A stretch of 32,000 nt of DNA from Promethearchaeota archaeon (GCA_048938295.1 JBHLMI010000004.1:60001-92000); one strand, 5' to 3'; numbered from the stretch's first letter, positions 18,884-28,618 are shown. Numbers and translations are program-made. Notes: generated by a model from the sequence alone, not told the origin.

Positions 18884-20122
18884 ATGGAAAAAGATGAATC
18901 CTTAGAAAAACAGATGTGGCGTCCAGTTATTACAGAGCGTCGATGGAATTGGATTGTATCAGGCCTAATCAATTTCATCATAGTGTTCATAGTAGCCCTG
19001 GTACTCTGGTTTGTCTTCATGGACTGGCGATTCTCCATCTTTTACTGGTCTGGATGGCTGTTTCTAGGGTCAGCGATTGCTGGATGGGGAATACTTGTTG
19101 TTGTCCTCCAAATCTGGTTCGATTATTACTTATCTTCGAAGATGAAGGGGTTATTGACTCAAGGTATAGTAGGTTCTCTACTGAATTTCGTGGGTGTTGC
19201 ACTCATAATCCTCTGTTTCTGGTTCATTGTGGGTCCGTATATGATTCCGATGTTCAGCCCCTATGCATTGATGAACGTTACTTCGATTGGAGGTGACTGG
19301 TGGCTCGCGCTTTTTCTGTCATCTGCTGCAATCGGAACAATCCTCTCCTGTGGTTTCAGCTTTGCATCAATTTGGGCTGCTGGAGGCATATATTGGCCAT
19401 TCACAGAGCTAAAACAACCAAAGCGTGGTTTTGCAGTCATGTTAATGGGAGTAGTAATCACTACCATAGCATGGCTCTTTCTTTACTGGCCTTTTCAGAT
19501 TGCAACCTCTCTACCCCCTACTACGACAACAGTTAATTGGACCATTTGGACCGCCTGGCCTTTCTGGGCATTTGATCCTATTGCAGGAGAGGTCAATAAT
19601 GGTGGCGCATATCTTTCCCTAGCGATAACGCAATGGATTATCATGTTTGGTTTACTTAGCCTCATGACTTGGGAGTATCAGCCATGGAAATTATTCAGGA
19701 AACAACCCTGGATTGGCTTAGCTGCACTGATTGGTTGCACACTCCTTGGTTGTCTCTTCGCTCTGGTAATCATGCCCTTTCTACTGTCAGGAATATTAGT
19801 AACCATGGGCTTTGCTGCCATGCATGGCTATTCTGCTTGGATTGCGGTGTTCCTTATCCTCAACGTCTTCATCTGGACTCAATACTTTGGTAACTGGCCA
19901 ACCCACTTCAATACAGGTGTGAACATTATAATTCGAACAATCCTTGTCGTTCTCTTTGGTGTAATCAGTCTGTTTGCCTACTTCTTCGTCTCACCAATCC
20001 TATTAGGAGACCTATTGCTCACTGGAATATACAATCCTGTCAATTGGGTACTTTGGCTGCTCTGGTTCATGTTACTTCACGTCTACATCTGGAAACGTGC
20101 TCCAGGCTGGAGAAGCGTTTAG
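18884..20122 (+). CDS. Uncharacterised polytopic membrane protein (about 10-11 TM), probable transporter
   Basis: Trp-rich hydrophobic 412-aa ORF with internally repeated (W/Q)P...KQP..G loops. No MFS or ABC motifs. Confidence 0.7.
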   Translation: MEKDESLEKQMWRPVITERRWNWIVSGLINFIIVFIVALVLWFVFMDWRFSIFYWSGWLFLGSAIAGWGILVVVLQIWFDYYLSSKMKGLLTQGIVGSLLNFVGVALIILCFWFIVGPYMIPMFSPYALMNVTSIGGDWWLALFLSSAAIGTILSCGFSFASIWAAGGIYWPFTELKQPKRGFAVMLMGVVITTIAWLFLYWPFQIATSLPPTTTTVNWTIWTAWPFWAFDPIAGEVNNGGAYLSLAITQWIIMFGLLSLMTWEYQPWKLFRKQPWIGLAALIGCTLLGCLFALVIMPFLLSGILVTMGFAAMHGYSAWIAVFLILNVFIWTQYFGNWPTHFNTGVNIIIRTILVVLFGVISLFAYFFVSPILLGDLLLTGIYNPVNWVLWLLWFMLLHVYIWKRAPGWRSV

Positions 20123-20169
20123 GATATCAAATGGTCAAAGAACCAGTGATTATCCAAACGCTCTCCCCC

Positions 20170-20179
20170 TTTCTTTTTT
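20170..20179 (+). terminator. Oligo-T archaeal terminator
   Basis: TTTCTTTTTT about 50 nt after the stop at 20122. Confidence 0.4.
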
Positions 20180-20190
20180 ACTAGACTAGC

Positions 20191-20790
20191 CTATCCAAGG
20201 CCTAGGAAGAATCCGAGCTGGAGAATCGCTAGAGCTACGAAAATGATGCCTAGAAGGTCTCCGACTGTCGTGGTGATGGGAGGAATGATGCTGTCTGGGT
20301 CACGACCTGAGCGATAGACAATACGAGCAGCGAACAGGCCAATCACACTGGTTACCATGGTGGCAAAAACCCCAGCTATTAGGATGGCCCCGAACAGATG
20401 GGGAAAACCGAAGGCGGGAAAGATAGGTAAGCCAAGTAGTGACTCCAAGATGATAGTGATGCCGATCACGCATACACCGAGGAAGGCATAAGCAGTGGCA
20501 GAGACCACGAGGATTGCTATAAGATTGGTGAGGAGCAGACTGTAGGGCTTGAATCCTTCATCCAATTCACCAGTATAGAGGTGGCTGGTGACCCGGGCAC
20601 CCACGACAGCGGCCAAATCTCCGGTGACATTGATGAAGGCGGGAACCATGATCAGGATAAGAGGGAAGATTAGTTTGAGGCCGTCTAATGTTTGATCCAA
20701 GAATTGCCCTGCAACCAATGCGAAAATTAAGACCAGAACTAAGATAGGGAGGCTCTCGATGAGAATCTTTCGCATTGTATATTCAACCAT
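20191..20790 (-). CDS. MgtE/SLC41 integral-membrane-domain protein (second half)
   Basis: GDLAAVVGARVTSHLYTG and GRDPD...PPITTTVGD motifs. ATG 20790 follows an AGGTGA RBS. Confidence 0.85.
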   Translation of the reverse strand: MVEYTMRKILIESLPILVLVLIFALVAGQFLDQTLDGLKLIFPLILIMVPAFINVTGDLAAVVGARVTSHLYTGELDEGFKPYSLLLTNLIAILVVSATAYAFLGVCVIGITIILESLLGLPIFPAFGFPHLFGAILIAGVFATMVTSVIGLFAARIVYRSGRDPDSIIPPITTTVGDLLGIIFVALAILQLGFFLGLG

Positions 20791-20801
20791 GTTTCTCACC
20801 T

Positions 20802-21431
20802 CTATACGATGACCGGAACGGGGGGGATCAGTGTCACCGCGATAATTATCCCAATGATAAGGCAGCCAATGGTGATTATATCACCGATTGTAGCAACGAT
20901 TGGGATAGTAATATTATCCGGGTCAAGCCCTCGGACATGGGCGAGTAAGACTACGGTCACGGTGATGGTTACTTGGATGGCACTCGCCAGTGAGGCAGTG
21001 AGTAAGGCGATAATTAGGAAATGGGGAAGCAAAAGCAGGAAGCCACTGCGTGGTGCGATCAGATGGATGACGGTGGAGATAAGCCAAGCGCCGAATCCTA
21101 ATGCAGTGGACATGATGATTGCAAGAGAAAAGGCGGCTTTGATATTAGTGCGCAGAGATTCATTGAGACCTTGTTCCCAGGAAATGGTTCCTAGGTGTGA
21201 AGCAGAGCCCAGTCGTTGGGCTAGACTGGTGGAAATATTGCCACGAAGTTGCATGAGACCGGGAATTAGAATAAACAAACCGATGATGCTGGCGAAAGCT
21301 ATATCGAGATTAAGCAGAAGGACTCCAGTAAAAAGCTCCGCTATGACTGTGAGAAGTAAGACTGGCATCGCTTCCCGGTAAACCCGCCAGACTAATGTTC
21401 GCCCGTTTGGGCTGCCGTTGGCCGTCCCCAT
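20802..21431 (-). CDS. MgtE/SLC41 integral-membrane-domain protein (first half)
   Basis: RGNISTSLAQRLGS and GLDPDNITIPIVATIGD motifs. ATG 21431 follows AGGTGA; the true N-terminus is uncertain (see findings). Confidence 0.85.
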   Translation of the reverse strand: MGTANGSPNGRTLVWRVYREAMPVLLLTVIAELFTGVLLLNLDIAFASIIGLFILIPGLMQLRGNISTSLAQRLGSASHLGTISWEQGLNESLRTNIKAAFSLAIIMSTALGFGAWLISTVIHLIAPRSGFLLLLPHFLIIALLTASLASAIQVTITVTVVLLAHVRGLDPDNITIPIVATIGDIITIGCLIIGIIIAVTLIPPVPVIV

Positions 21432-21529
21432 CGTCATCACCTTGTGGGTTTGTGGAGGTCACTGTCGAGGAACGGTGGCCGTGATGAATGTAAGTAGCCA
21501 TTTGTTAGTCACCCTTTTGGAGCTTTGTA

Positions 21530-21558
21530 TTACGCACCCTAAATTTAGGCACACTTAA
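21530..21558. promoter_or_regulatory. Tandem DtxR/SirR-like boxes overlapping the promoter of the MgtE-like pair
   Basis: TTACG-CAC-CCTAA-AT-TTAGG-CACA-CTTAA, containing the perfect 12-bp palindrome CCTAAATTTAGG (21538-21549). Confidence 0.4.
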
Positions 21559-21620
21559 CGGCATAAGCCTGAGCAATTCAATAAATATGTTTCGCCTGAT
21601 ACAGCAAAGGTCTGGTCAAT

Positions 21621-23051
21621 CTAAAGGGAAAGAAGATATTGATGGATGTTACGGGCAGCGATTTTTCCTTCACCAGCTGCTGCAATGACTGTGCCTTCAC
21701 CACCGGTGATATCACCGGCAGCCCAGACATGAGGGATGGAGGTTTCGAGGGATTCGGGGTCAACGATGACATCACCCCAGCGATCACATTCTAATCCAGG
21801 TGTACAGCGTGGAACTGAGGGATTAGCACTTGCGCCAATGGCAAAAATAACGGTATCAATGGCCATTTCAAATTCAGAGCCTTCAATGGGTTCGGGAGCA
21901 CAACGTCCACTTTCATCGGGTTCACCAAGGCAATTGCGCAGACAAGTCATGGCTTTGATGTGTCCTTGATCGTCGCCATGTATTTCAATGGGTTGCGTGA
22001 GGAATTGGAATTTGACCCCTTCTTCTTTGGCGTGATGATATTCCTCTTGGCGGACCGGCATTTCATTTTCGGACCGTCGATAAACAATAGTTACCTTCGA
22101 AGCGCCTAAGCGGAGTGCGGTCCTAGCACTGTCCATGGCTGCGTTCCCACCACCTATAACTGCGACAACTTTCCCATGGATTATCGGAGTATCAAATTCA
22201 GGAAATTGGTAGGCACGCATCAGATTTACGCGGGTGAGGAACTCATTGCTACTATAACTGCCGACCAAATTGACTCCCGGAATTTGGAGGAATCGAGGGA
22301 GGCCTGCCCCCGAGGCAAGAAGAATTGCGTTGTAACCCTGTTCGAACAGATCTTCAAAGGTGTATAATTGCCCGATGAATGCATCCAAGTGAAATTCGAC
22401 ACCCAGTTGTTTCAGGTAGTTTACTTCGGCTTTAACAATCATTTTGGGGAGTCGAAACTCAGGAATCCCATAGACTAGGACACCTCCTGGTTCATGGAGA
22501 CTTTCAAAGACTGTGACTTGATGACCGAGGAGTGCTAAGTCCCCAGCAGCCGTGAGACCTGCTGGCCCGCTGCCAACAATCGCTATCCGGTGACCGCTTG
22601 GTTTTGGGAGTGGAGGTAACTCAACACCATTGTCGCGCTCCCAGTCGGCTAAAAAGCGCTCAATTCGACCGATTTCAATAGCATGCCCTTTCTTGCTCAA
22701 AATACAGCCTTCTTGGCATTGGATTTCTTGCGGACAGACGCGCCCACAGATAGCGGGAAGACTGTTCTTTTCCTTAATGATGAGAATTGCTTTTCGATAA
22801 TCACGATTGCGAACGGCTTCTAGGAATCGATTGATTTCGATTTCGACAGGACAGGCACTAACACATTTCGGGTTTTTACAGGCCATGCAGCGTTCAGCTT
22901 CTTGTAGAACCTGCTCTTCGGTATATCCCAAATTAACCTCATCAAAATTTGTTATTCGAATCTTTGGATCCTGTTCTGGCATCTCAGGTGGTTCGATTAG
23001 CCAAGGACGCGGAAGCTCAGGTGTTTTTTGTTTGTTGTTGGGAGGTGTCAT
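21621..23051 (-). CDS. sudA: NfnAB/SudAB large subunit (GltD-like NADPH-dependent Fe-S flavoprotein)
   Basis: RITNFDEV, EAERCMACKNPKCVSACP, CGRVCPQEIQC, GSGPAG, YGIPEFRLP, GGGNAAMD, AAGD. Confidence 0.92.
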   Translation of the reverse strand: MTPPNNKQKTPELPRPWLIEPPEMPEQDPKIRITNFDEVNLGYTEEQVLQEAERCMACKNPKCVSACPVEIEINRFLEAVRNRDYRKAILIIKEKNSLPAICGRVCPQEIQCQEGCILSKKGHAIEIGRIERFLADWERDNGVELPPLPKPSGHRIAIVGSGPAGLTAAGDLALLGHQVTVFESLHEPGGVLVYGIPEFRLPKMIVKAEVNYLKQLGVEFHLDAFIGQLYTFEDLFEQGYNAILLASGAGLPRFLQIPGVNLVGSYSSNEFLTRVNLMRAYQFPEFDTPIIHGKVVAVIGGGNAAMDSARTALRLGASKVTIVYRRSENEMPVRQEEYHHAKEEGVKFQFLTQPIEIHGDDQGHIKAMTCLRNCLGEPDESGRCAPEPIEGSEFEMAIDTVIFAIGASANPSVPRCTPGLECDRWGDVIVDPESLETSIPHVWAAGDITGGEGTVIAAAGEGKIAARNIHQYLLSL

Positions 23052-23149
23052 ATCTAACCCTTCAGTGTGAGAGCTAGTTATCGGGAGGGCACTTATTACA
23101 GAATTAAAGCCTTCCGCATTTCAGTAAATGCTAGGCGCAGGAAACAGTC

Positions 23150-24997
23150 CTAGTCCTTCCAAAGATCCTGTTTCACATCTTCTAAACCAAGTCTAGCGAG
23201 AAGAGCGGGACTGGGTTTACCGGTGGTAGGGTCCCATTGACTAAATTGGTAAAATGCGTCCAGTTGGTGTTCAACATTCGGAGCCTTGCCTTCGTTTGAT
23301 CCACTTGCATGTGGTCTAAGCAGTGCTGGAGGAAGCGCATCATCGGTTGCTGTAATTCCACATCGGATATTAAAGGCACGTTTCAGCGTCATGGTTCGCT
23401 CCCCTATTTCATATAACTGCTCTATAGTGGTGTCCCTGCCGGTAGCAGCCCGATAAAGGGGAAGTAATGTTGAGGGTTGTACTATAGCAAGTTGACAGAC
23501 AATAAGGGAGTTTAGCACTGTTTTCCAATTCCGGAGTTTAGCCATCAAAGTCCCCCTGCCTTCATCACTATGACGATCAAGGGGTTCAATGTCAAATTCA
23601 TCAATTGTAACGCCCATGTCTACAGAAAGCCCTTCACCCTGCATATGATTAGCACCACATGGAGAGACTGCATAGGTTAACGCTAAACCAAAGAATGCCC
23701 GCGGATCATGCATGGGCACTTCAAGCCCTTTCACATGAACAGCAAGTTCAGGAACTCCAAATTCATTGGCTGCGTGTCTTACCCCTTCAGCAAGAACTGC
23801 ACCAAGTCCCTCGCGCTTGGCAATCAACTCGATAAGCTGAATAATGACATGTGGATCACCAAACTGGAGATTCAGAGAACCAACTAAATCCTTCGGAATT
23901 TTACCTTTTTCATGTGCAGCTAGACTAAAGGCTATGACGTTCCCACAAGAAATCGTATCAAGCCCATACAAATCACAAAGATGATTGGCCTTACATAATA
24001 AGGCTAAATCATCAGTTTGGCAAAGGGTTCCAAGCGAAGCTATGGATTCATATTCAGGACCAAGCACATCTTTCAATGAGACAATGTCTGTTTCCACTGT
24101 GATTATTGGTCCACAACCAATTGGACAAATATGGCACCGAAACTGACCTGAACGGTATTCTGAAAGAGCTTTCGCGTTGATTTTTTCAACATTCATCGAA
24201 GGTTTAGAAAAATAGCGAACGGGCATATCGTTAAACACGTTCATGAGAAGATCAACGGAGTAGGCAGTCCCATTATCACCAAGGATGGGTATGAAGGCTT
24301 TCAGAATCTCGGTTAGCATTTTGGACTGTTCACGGAAGACTTCTGGATCAGCCAATACTGGAGTCTGTGTTCCCTTAACCGCAATTGCTTTGAGATGTTT
24401 TGAACCCCAAACAGCCCCAGCACCAGCACGAGCACTGGCACGTCCCAAATCATTCATCACTGCTGCAAACCGAACCTGGTTTTCTCCGGCAGGACCGATA
24501 GAAAGAACACGTAATTTGGTCTCGTTTGCATCTGCTTTGAGGATTCTTTCAGTTTCAGTGGTGTCCTTACCCCAGAGGTGGTCAGCTGGTTTTATCTGAA
24601 CCTCATCATCTGAAATTTTCAAATATACCGGTTTGGCTGATGACCCAGTGATGAGGATGCCATCTAGTCCAGCGTGACGGAGTTCTGCACCGAAATATCC
24701 CCCACCCGTTGATTCCCCCCAGATACCTGTTAATGCGGATTTTGTACAAATTGCATGCCGACCGGTGCATGGTGCTCCAGTCGCTGTAAGGGGACCGGTA
24801 AAGATGGCAACTTCATTATCAGGGTGTAGAGGATTAAGGGTTTCAACAGCTAATCGATCATACAGTAAACGAGCGGCATAACCTGCACCACCGATGAAAT
24901 CACGGGCATAATCCCAGTTGAGAGATTTTCGTTGAGTGGTTCCTTTGGTCAAATCAACAAAGAGAAACTCACCCATATACCCAGAGATCGGTGACAT
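23150..24997 (-). CDS. aor: Tungsten-dependent aldehyde:ferredoxin oxidoreductase family protein
   Basis: IGGAG, KSALTG.WGES.GG, SIGPAGEN, RAGAGAVWGSKHLKAI, CHICPIGC, GPEYE, GLDTIS, HVKGLE.PMHDPR. Confidence 0.92.
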   Translation of the reverse strand: MSPISGYMGEFLFVDLTKGTTQRKSLNWDYARDFIGGAGYAARLLYDRLAVETLNPLHPDNEVAIFTGPLTATGAPCTGRHAICTKSALTGIWGESTGGGYFGAELRHAGLDGILITGSSAKPVYLKISDDEVQIKPADHLWGKDTTETERILKADANETKLRVLSIGPAGENQVRFAAVMNDLGRASARAGAGAVWGSKHLKAIAVKGTQTPVLADPEVFREQSKMLTEILKAFIPILGDNGTAYSVDLLMNVFNDMPVRYFSKPSMNVEKINAKALSEYRSGQFRCHICPIGCGPIITVETDIVSLKDVLGPEYESIASLGTLCQTDDLALLCKANHLCDLYGLDTISCGNVIAFSLAAHEKGKIPKDLVGSLNLQFGDPHVIIQLIELIAKREGLGAVLAEGVRHAANEFGVPELAVHVKGLEVPMHDPRAFFGLALTYAVSPCGANHMQGEGLSVDMGVTIDEFDIEPLDRHSDEGRGTLMAKLRNWKTVLNSLIVCQLAIVQPSTLLPLYRAATGRDTTIEQLYEIGERTMTLKRAFNIRCGITATDDALPPALLRPHASGSNEGKAPNVEHQLDAFYQFSQWDPTTGKPSPALLARLGLEDVKQDLWKD

Positions 24998-25001
24998 CTC
25001 A

Positions 25002-25676
25002 TCACCGTTTTTTCATCCGCTTCATGAGCTCAAACATCTGAGTTTGCGTTTCGATAGCATCAGGTGGAATTGTTGTCAGGTGCTTTTTACCCCCCGCAGC
25101 TGCACAAGCCAATAGGTAAATGTGGGCAACCCGTTCAAGTAATAAGGCATTATGCAGTGCGATGTCTAAGGTGGGTCCACAGCATAAGGCTCCATGATTG
25201 GCAAGGAACACGGCATTCTGTGATCCGAGGGCTTTGACGACGTTCTCAGCCAACTCTTCGCTTCCAGGCATGCCATAATCGGCAACTTCAACTTGGCCTC
25301 CTAGTCGTATGACAAATTCATCGACGAGGGGCGGTAATGGTTCATGAAGAACGGCTAAGGCCGAAGCATAGATACAGTGAGTATGCACAATTGCATTGAC
25401 ATCGGGTCTCGCCTTGTAGATGGCTAGATGAAGAGGATGTTCGATGGAGGGATTCCGATCGCCTTCAACGATGTTCCCTTCCATGTCAATGATCATTACA
25501 TCGTCGGCACTCATGCAGGAGTAGTCAACACTACTTGGTGTGATGGCGACATACTCGGTACCTTCAATTCGGTAGCTAGCATTGCCTGAGCTGCCGAGGA
25601 CTAGCTCTGCTGACTGCATGCTCTGACAGGTGTGGAGCACTTGATTTTTCGCATCCTGTGTGTTATCGGGTGTCAT
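25002..25676 (-). CDS. Class II aldolase/adducin family (FucA-like)
   Basis: SGNAS, ITPS, PSIE (catalytic Glu), VHTH and NHG zinc ligands. Confidence 0.92.
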   Translation of the reverse strand: MTPDNTQDAKNQVLHTCQSMQSAELVLGSSGNASYRIEGTEYVAITPSSVDYSCMSADDVMIIDMEGNIVEGDRNPSIEHPLHLAIYKARPDVNAIVHTHCIYASALAVLHEPLPPLVDEFVIRLGGQVEVADYGMPGSEELAENVVKALGSQNAVFLANHGALCCGPTLDIALHNALLLERVAHIYLLACAAAGGKKHLTTIPPDAIETQTQMFELMKRMKKR

Positions 25677-25706
25677 ATCAATCCACCTACCATATGGAGC
25701 GTGTAA

Positions 25707-27236
25707 TCATAAATTTGCAGATTGGTTGTATAAGGTATGCCATCTTGTAAAATAGGTTTTGTACTGATTGTGGACATCTTCGCGTGGCATCAGTTCCGGT
25801 TGCATTTTCACCATCTGACCCATGGCATCAGTCAGTGACGCATGTAAGTCAGCTGCAGTTGCGGCGCAAATTGCAGCACCCAAACTTGAGGCTTCAACAA
25901 CGTGTCCCGTTCTGATCTTCAGACCTGTTACGTCTGCGAGCATTTGTCTAAAGAACAGGCTGCGGGATAGTCCTCCGGTAACAACACAATGCTCGAACAA
26001 AACATCAGCCAACTCCTGAATACGTTCCAGATTCATTCGAGCAGCATAGCTGATGTTCTCAAAGAGCGCACGTGTGAGTTCTTTGATTGTAATCGGTGTC
26101 ACCACCGGAGAAGTCGGAGGAGGAAAGATAAAGATCGAAGGACGCACGGTTGTCATGTCACTCGCATCCATGATTTGAGGACCAAGTAACGCAATGGTAT
26201 CAAAGGCACCTACGGGCGCTTGACTGGCCAACTGCTCGGTATAAGTATAAGCCTGATCCGTTGATCCTTCAAATTTAGGATGCATAGGACCCACAATGTT
26301 TTGGACAAACCAATTTAGAACCGAACCATTGGGTCCGGAATTTGCCTCAAGCACCCATTTGTGCGGAAGCAGAAATCGCCCAGTCCACAACCGATTATCG
26401 GGATCAATAATTGGCTCAGCGGTGACAAGTTGTACCGGACCAGTGTTGCCTGAAACTACCCCAACTTCCCCTGGGTACGCAGCTGATGATCCTAATAAGG
26501 CGCATTGAGTATCAGCTCCGCCAACACCAACAATTGTAGACTTTGATAAACCAGTACTTTTGCTGGCTTGGGCTGTGACATTTCCAACGACTGTGCCTGG
26601 TTCAGAAATCTTTGGCAAGAAGTCACCGGAGAGTTCAGCCATTTCTAGGATTTCTGGTGACCATTTACTGGACTGGATATCCATGAGCTGGGTATTTGAC
26701 GCCTGAGTCGGATCAGTTGTTGCTTGTCCTGTGAGTTGGTAGACAATCCAGTCACTAATGGATAGTACGTGCTCGATCCTGTAAAACTCCTCAGGTCGCT
26801 CTTTCTTATACCATAGCAGCCGACACAAGGAGTAAAGCAAAGGAGGCCAACAACCTGTCGGAGGACACGATTCCTCCAAACCTTTCATCACCGAATCTTG
26901 CATGAAGACGCCACGCGCATCCAGATTAGGACCCGCATAGATAGCCGCACCTTTTTTGTCAAGGAATACAGCGCCATGCCGTTGACTCGTTGCTCCAATA
27001 GCTATGATGTCAGTGGGTTCAGATTTTGCCAATTTGAGGACAAAAGGAATCATTGTGCAGATAGTCTGCCATACAGCTTTAGCATTAAATTCCTTCCCGA
27101 TTCCAAAAAGCCCTTCTGTGTCAACATATTGAATTGGAGTAAACTGTCTGGCGAGTACAGTCCCTTCCGGTGAAAAAACCATACATTTGATACCGGATGT
27201 CCCAAAATCAATGGTAAGAAACTGTTGCTTGGGCAT
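25707..27236 (-). CDS. FGGY-family carbohydrate kinase, LsrK (autoinducer-2 kinase)-like
   Basis: IDFGTSG, TSQRHG, NLDAR, RLLW, ISDW, GGADTQ, TGGLSRS, EASSLGAA. Confidence 0.88.
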   Translation of the reverse strand: MPKQQFLTIDFGTSGIKCMVFSPEGTVLARQFTPIQYVDTEGLFGIGKEFNAKAVWQTICTMIPFVLKLAKSEPTDIIAIGATSQRHGAVFLDKKGAAIYAGPNLDARGVFMQDSVMKGLEESCPPTGCWPPLLYSLCRLLWYKKERPEEFYRIEHVLSISDWIVYQLTGQATTDPTQASNTQLMDIQSSKWSPEILEMAELSGDFLPKISEPGTVVGNVTAQASKSTGLSKSTIVGVGGADTQCALLGSSAAYPGEVGVVSGNTGPVQLVTAEPIIDPDNRLWTGRFLLPHKWVLEANSGPNGSVLNWFVQNIVGPMHPKFEGSTDQAYTYTEQLASQAPVGAFDTIALLGPQIMDASDMTTVRPSIFIFPPPTSPVVTPITIKELTRALFENISYAARMNLERIQELADVLFEHCVVTGGLSRSLFFRQMLADVTGLKIRTGHVVEASSLGAAICAATAADLHASLTDAMGQMVKMQPELMPREDVHNQYKTYFTRWHTLYNQSANL

Positions 27237-27245
27237 GCCAACCTC

Positions 27246-28253
27246 TCATGATGATGGTTTCAGTACTTCTGGGTTGGCTAAGTATTTGGGCGTTTCTCCT
27301 TTCAGGAACCGGTCAATATCTTTCGCTAGAATCATGGATTGCCGATAAACAACGTCTTGAGTGTTACCTCCAATGTGAGGTGTTACCGTGACGTTATCAA
27401 ACTGTAAGAACCGATTATCTGATCCTACAGGCTCCCGAGAGTGCACATCCAACCCCGCACCAGCGATTGTTCGTGATTGAATGGCTTCGAAGAGCGCATC
27501 TTCATCAATGATTGCAGATCGAGCTGTATTGATTAAATGGGCTGAGGGTTTCATCCAGGAGAGTTGCTCTTTACCAATCATTCGAAAGGTTTCGGGTGTC
27601 GCCCGGGTGTGAAGAGTCACAAAATCAGACTCGCGCATGAGAGGCTCTAATTCCACCTTCTCCGCATTCACTTTCTTCCCTTGGTTTGCATCAACATGAG
27701 GATCATAAAAAATGACACGTGTACCAAATCCCTGTAGCCTCTTAGCCACTCGCCGACCGATTTGCCCTAATCCGATAATGCCAACAGTGCTTCGTCCGAG
27801 CTCTTGGCCTTTGAGTGAATCATAAAGTTGGGTAAAGCCTTCAGCACTGTCAATCATGATCTTTCCTGATGTTAGAATGCGGTCTGCGGTGATTAATTTC
27901 CGCGCTTGAGCGAGTATAAGGAGGATCGTCAAGTCAGCAACTGAATCAGCATTTCGTCCTGGAGCATAGAAAACGGGGACACCATGAGCTGTGGCTGACT
28001 CAATGTCTACTTCTTTAGGATTATCCCTAGCACTTCCAATAAATTTCAGCGACAATCCTTCAAAGACTTCGTCAGTTACTGCATCTGCCTCAACAATGGC
28101 GGCATCTGCTCTGACAGCTTTGAGTCTTTGCAAGAGGTCTTCACCCCAGTAAACGTGACCGCTAGTTCGCCAATCTTCATGGAGGATCGTTCCATGTTCG
28201 CGAAGTATTTTGAGCCCCTCTTCATGGAATGAGGCACTAATGAATATACGCAT
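27246..28253 (-). CDS. D-isomer-specific 2-hydroxyacid dehydrogenase family protein
   Basis: PGRNADSVAD, GIIGLGQIG NAD-binding motif, INTAR, DVHSREP, TPHIGG. ATG 28253 (the track uses TTG 28265). Confidence 0.9.
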   Translation of the reverse strand: MRIFISASFHEEGLKILREHGTILHEDWRTSGHVYWGEDLLQRLKAVRADAAIVEADAVTDEVFEGLSLKFIGSARDNPKEVDIESATAHGVPVFYAPGRNADSVADLTILLILAQARKLITADRILTSGKIMIDSAEGFTQLYDSLKGQELGRSTVGIIGLGQIGRRVAKRLQGFGTRVIFYDPHVDANQGKKVNAEKVELEPLMRESDFVTLHTRATPETFRMIGKEQLSWMKPSAHLINTARSAIIDEDALFEAIQSRTIAGAGLDVHSREPVGSDNRFLQFDNVTVTPHIGGNTQDVVYRQSMILAKDIDRFLKGETPKYLANPEVLKPSS

Positions 28254-28282
28254 GCGCCTTCCCAATTCCTTCTGTATTAGGG

Positions 28283-28618
28283 TTACATAAGGATTTGGAG
28301 TTTCAGGAGATCCGTCATACTCCCCTTCGTTTTTAGTTTGCCGACAGAATACGCATCAAGGGGACTTAGGCCGCCTCGCATGATGCCGACAAGCGTTCCA
28401 CTATCCGTAGTCACCAGAAGGTTTGGCTTTTCTACTTCTCCCTCAGCAAAGGGGTCCATGACGCCATCATGAATACGGGTGTGGAAACTCATTTCAAGAT
28501 CAGTAAACTGAAATTGTAGTGTTCGGTCGAAGCCTTCAAACTTGGATTTGGTATCCGGAGCGTCAAATTTCTCGCGTACACCTTGAAGAACTTGCTTGAC
28601 CTCTTCTTTCGTTGCCAT
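28283..28618 (-). CDS. SCP2 sterol/lipid-binding domain protein
   Basis: 111 aa with the G.LSPLDAY..GKLKTKGSM.DLLKL C-terminal SCP2 signature. AGGTGT RBS. Confidence 0.85.
   Translation of the reverse strand: MATKEEVKQVLQGVREKFDAPDTKSKFEGFDRTLQFQFTDLEMSFHTRIHDGVMDPFAEGEVEKPNLLVTTDSGTLVGIMRGGLSPLDAYSVGKLKTKGSMTDLLKLQILM

Noticed and set aside
20809-21381. 190-aa plus-strand ORF
   Set aside because: Antisense shadow of the MgtE-like gene.
21408-21416. CCCAAAC heptamer on the minus strand as a programmed frameshift site linking the uORF to MgtE
   Set aside because: Its register would give a -1 shift out of the MgtE frame, whereas a +1 shift into it would be needed.
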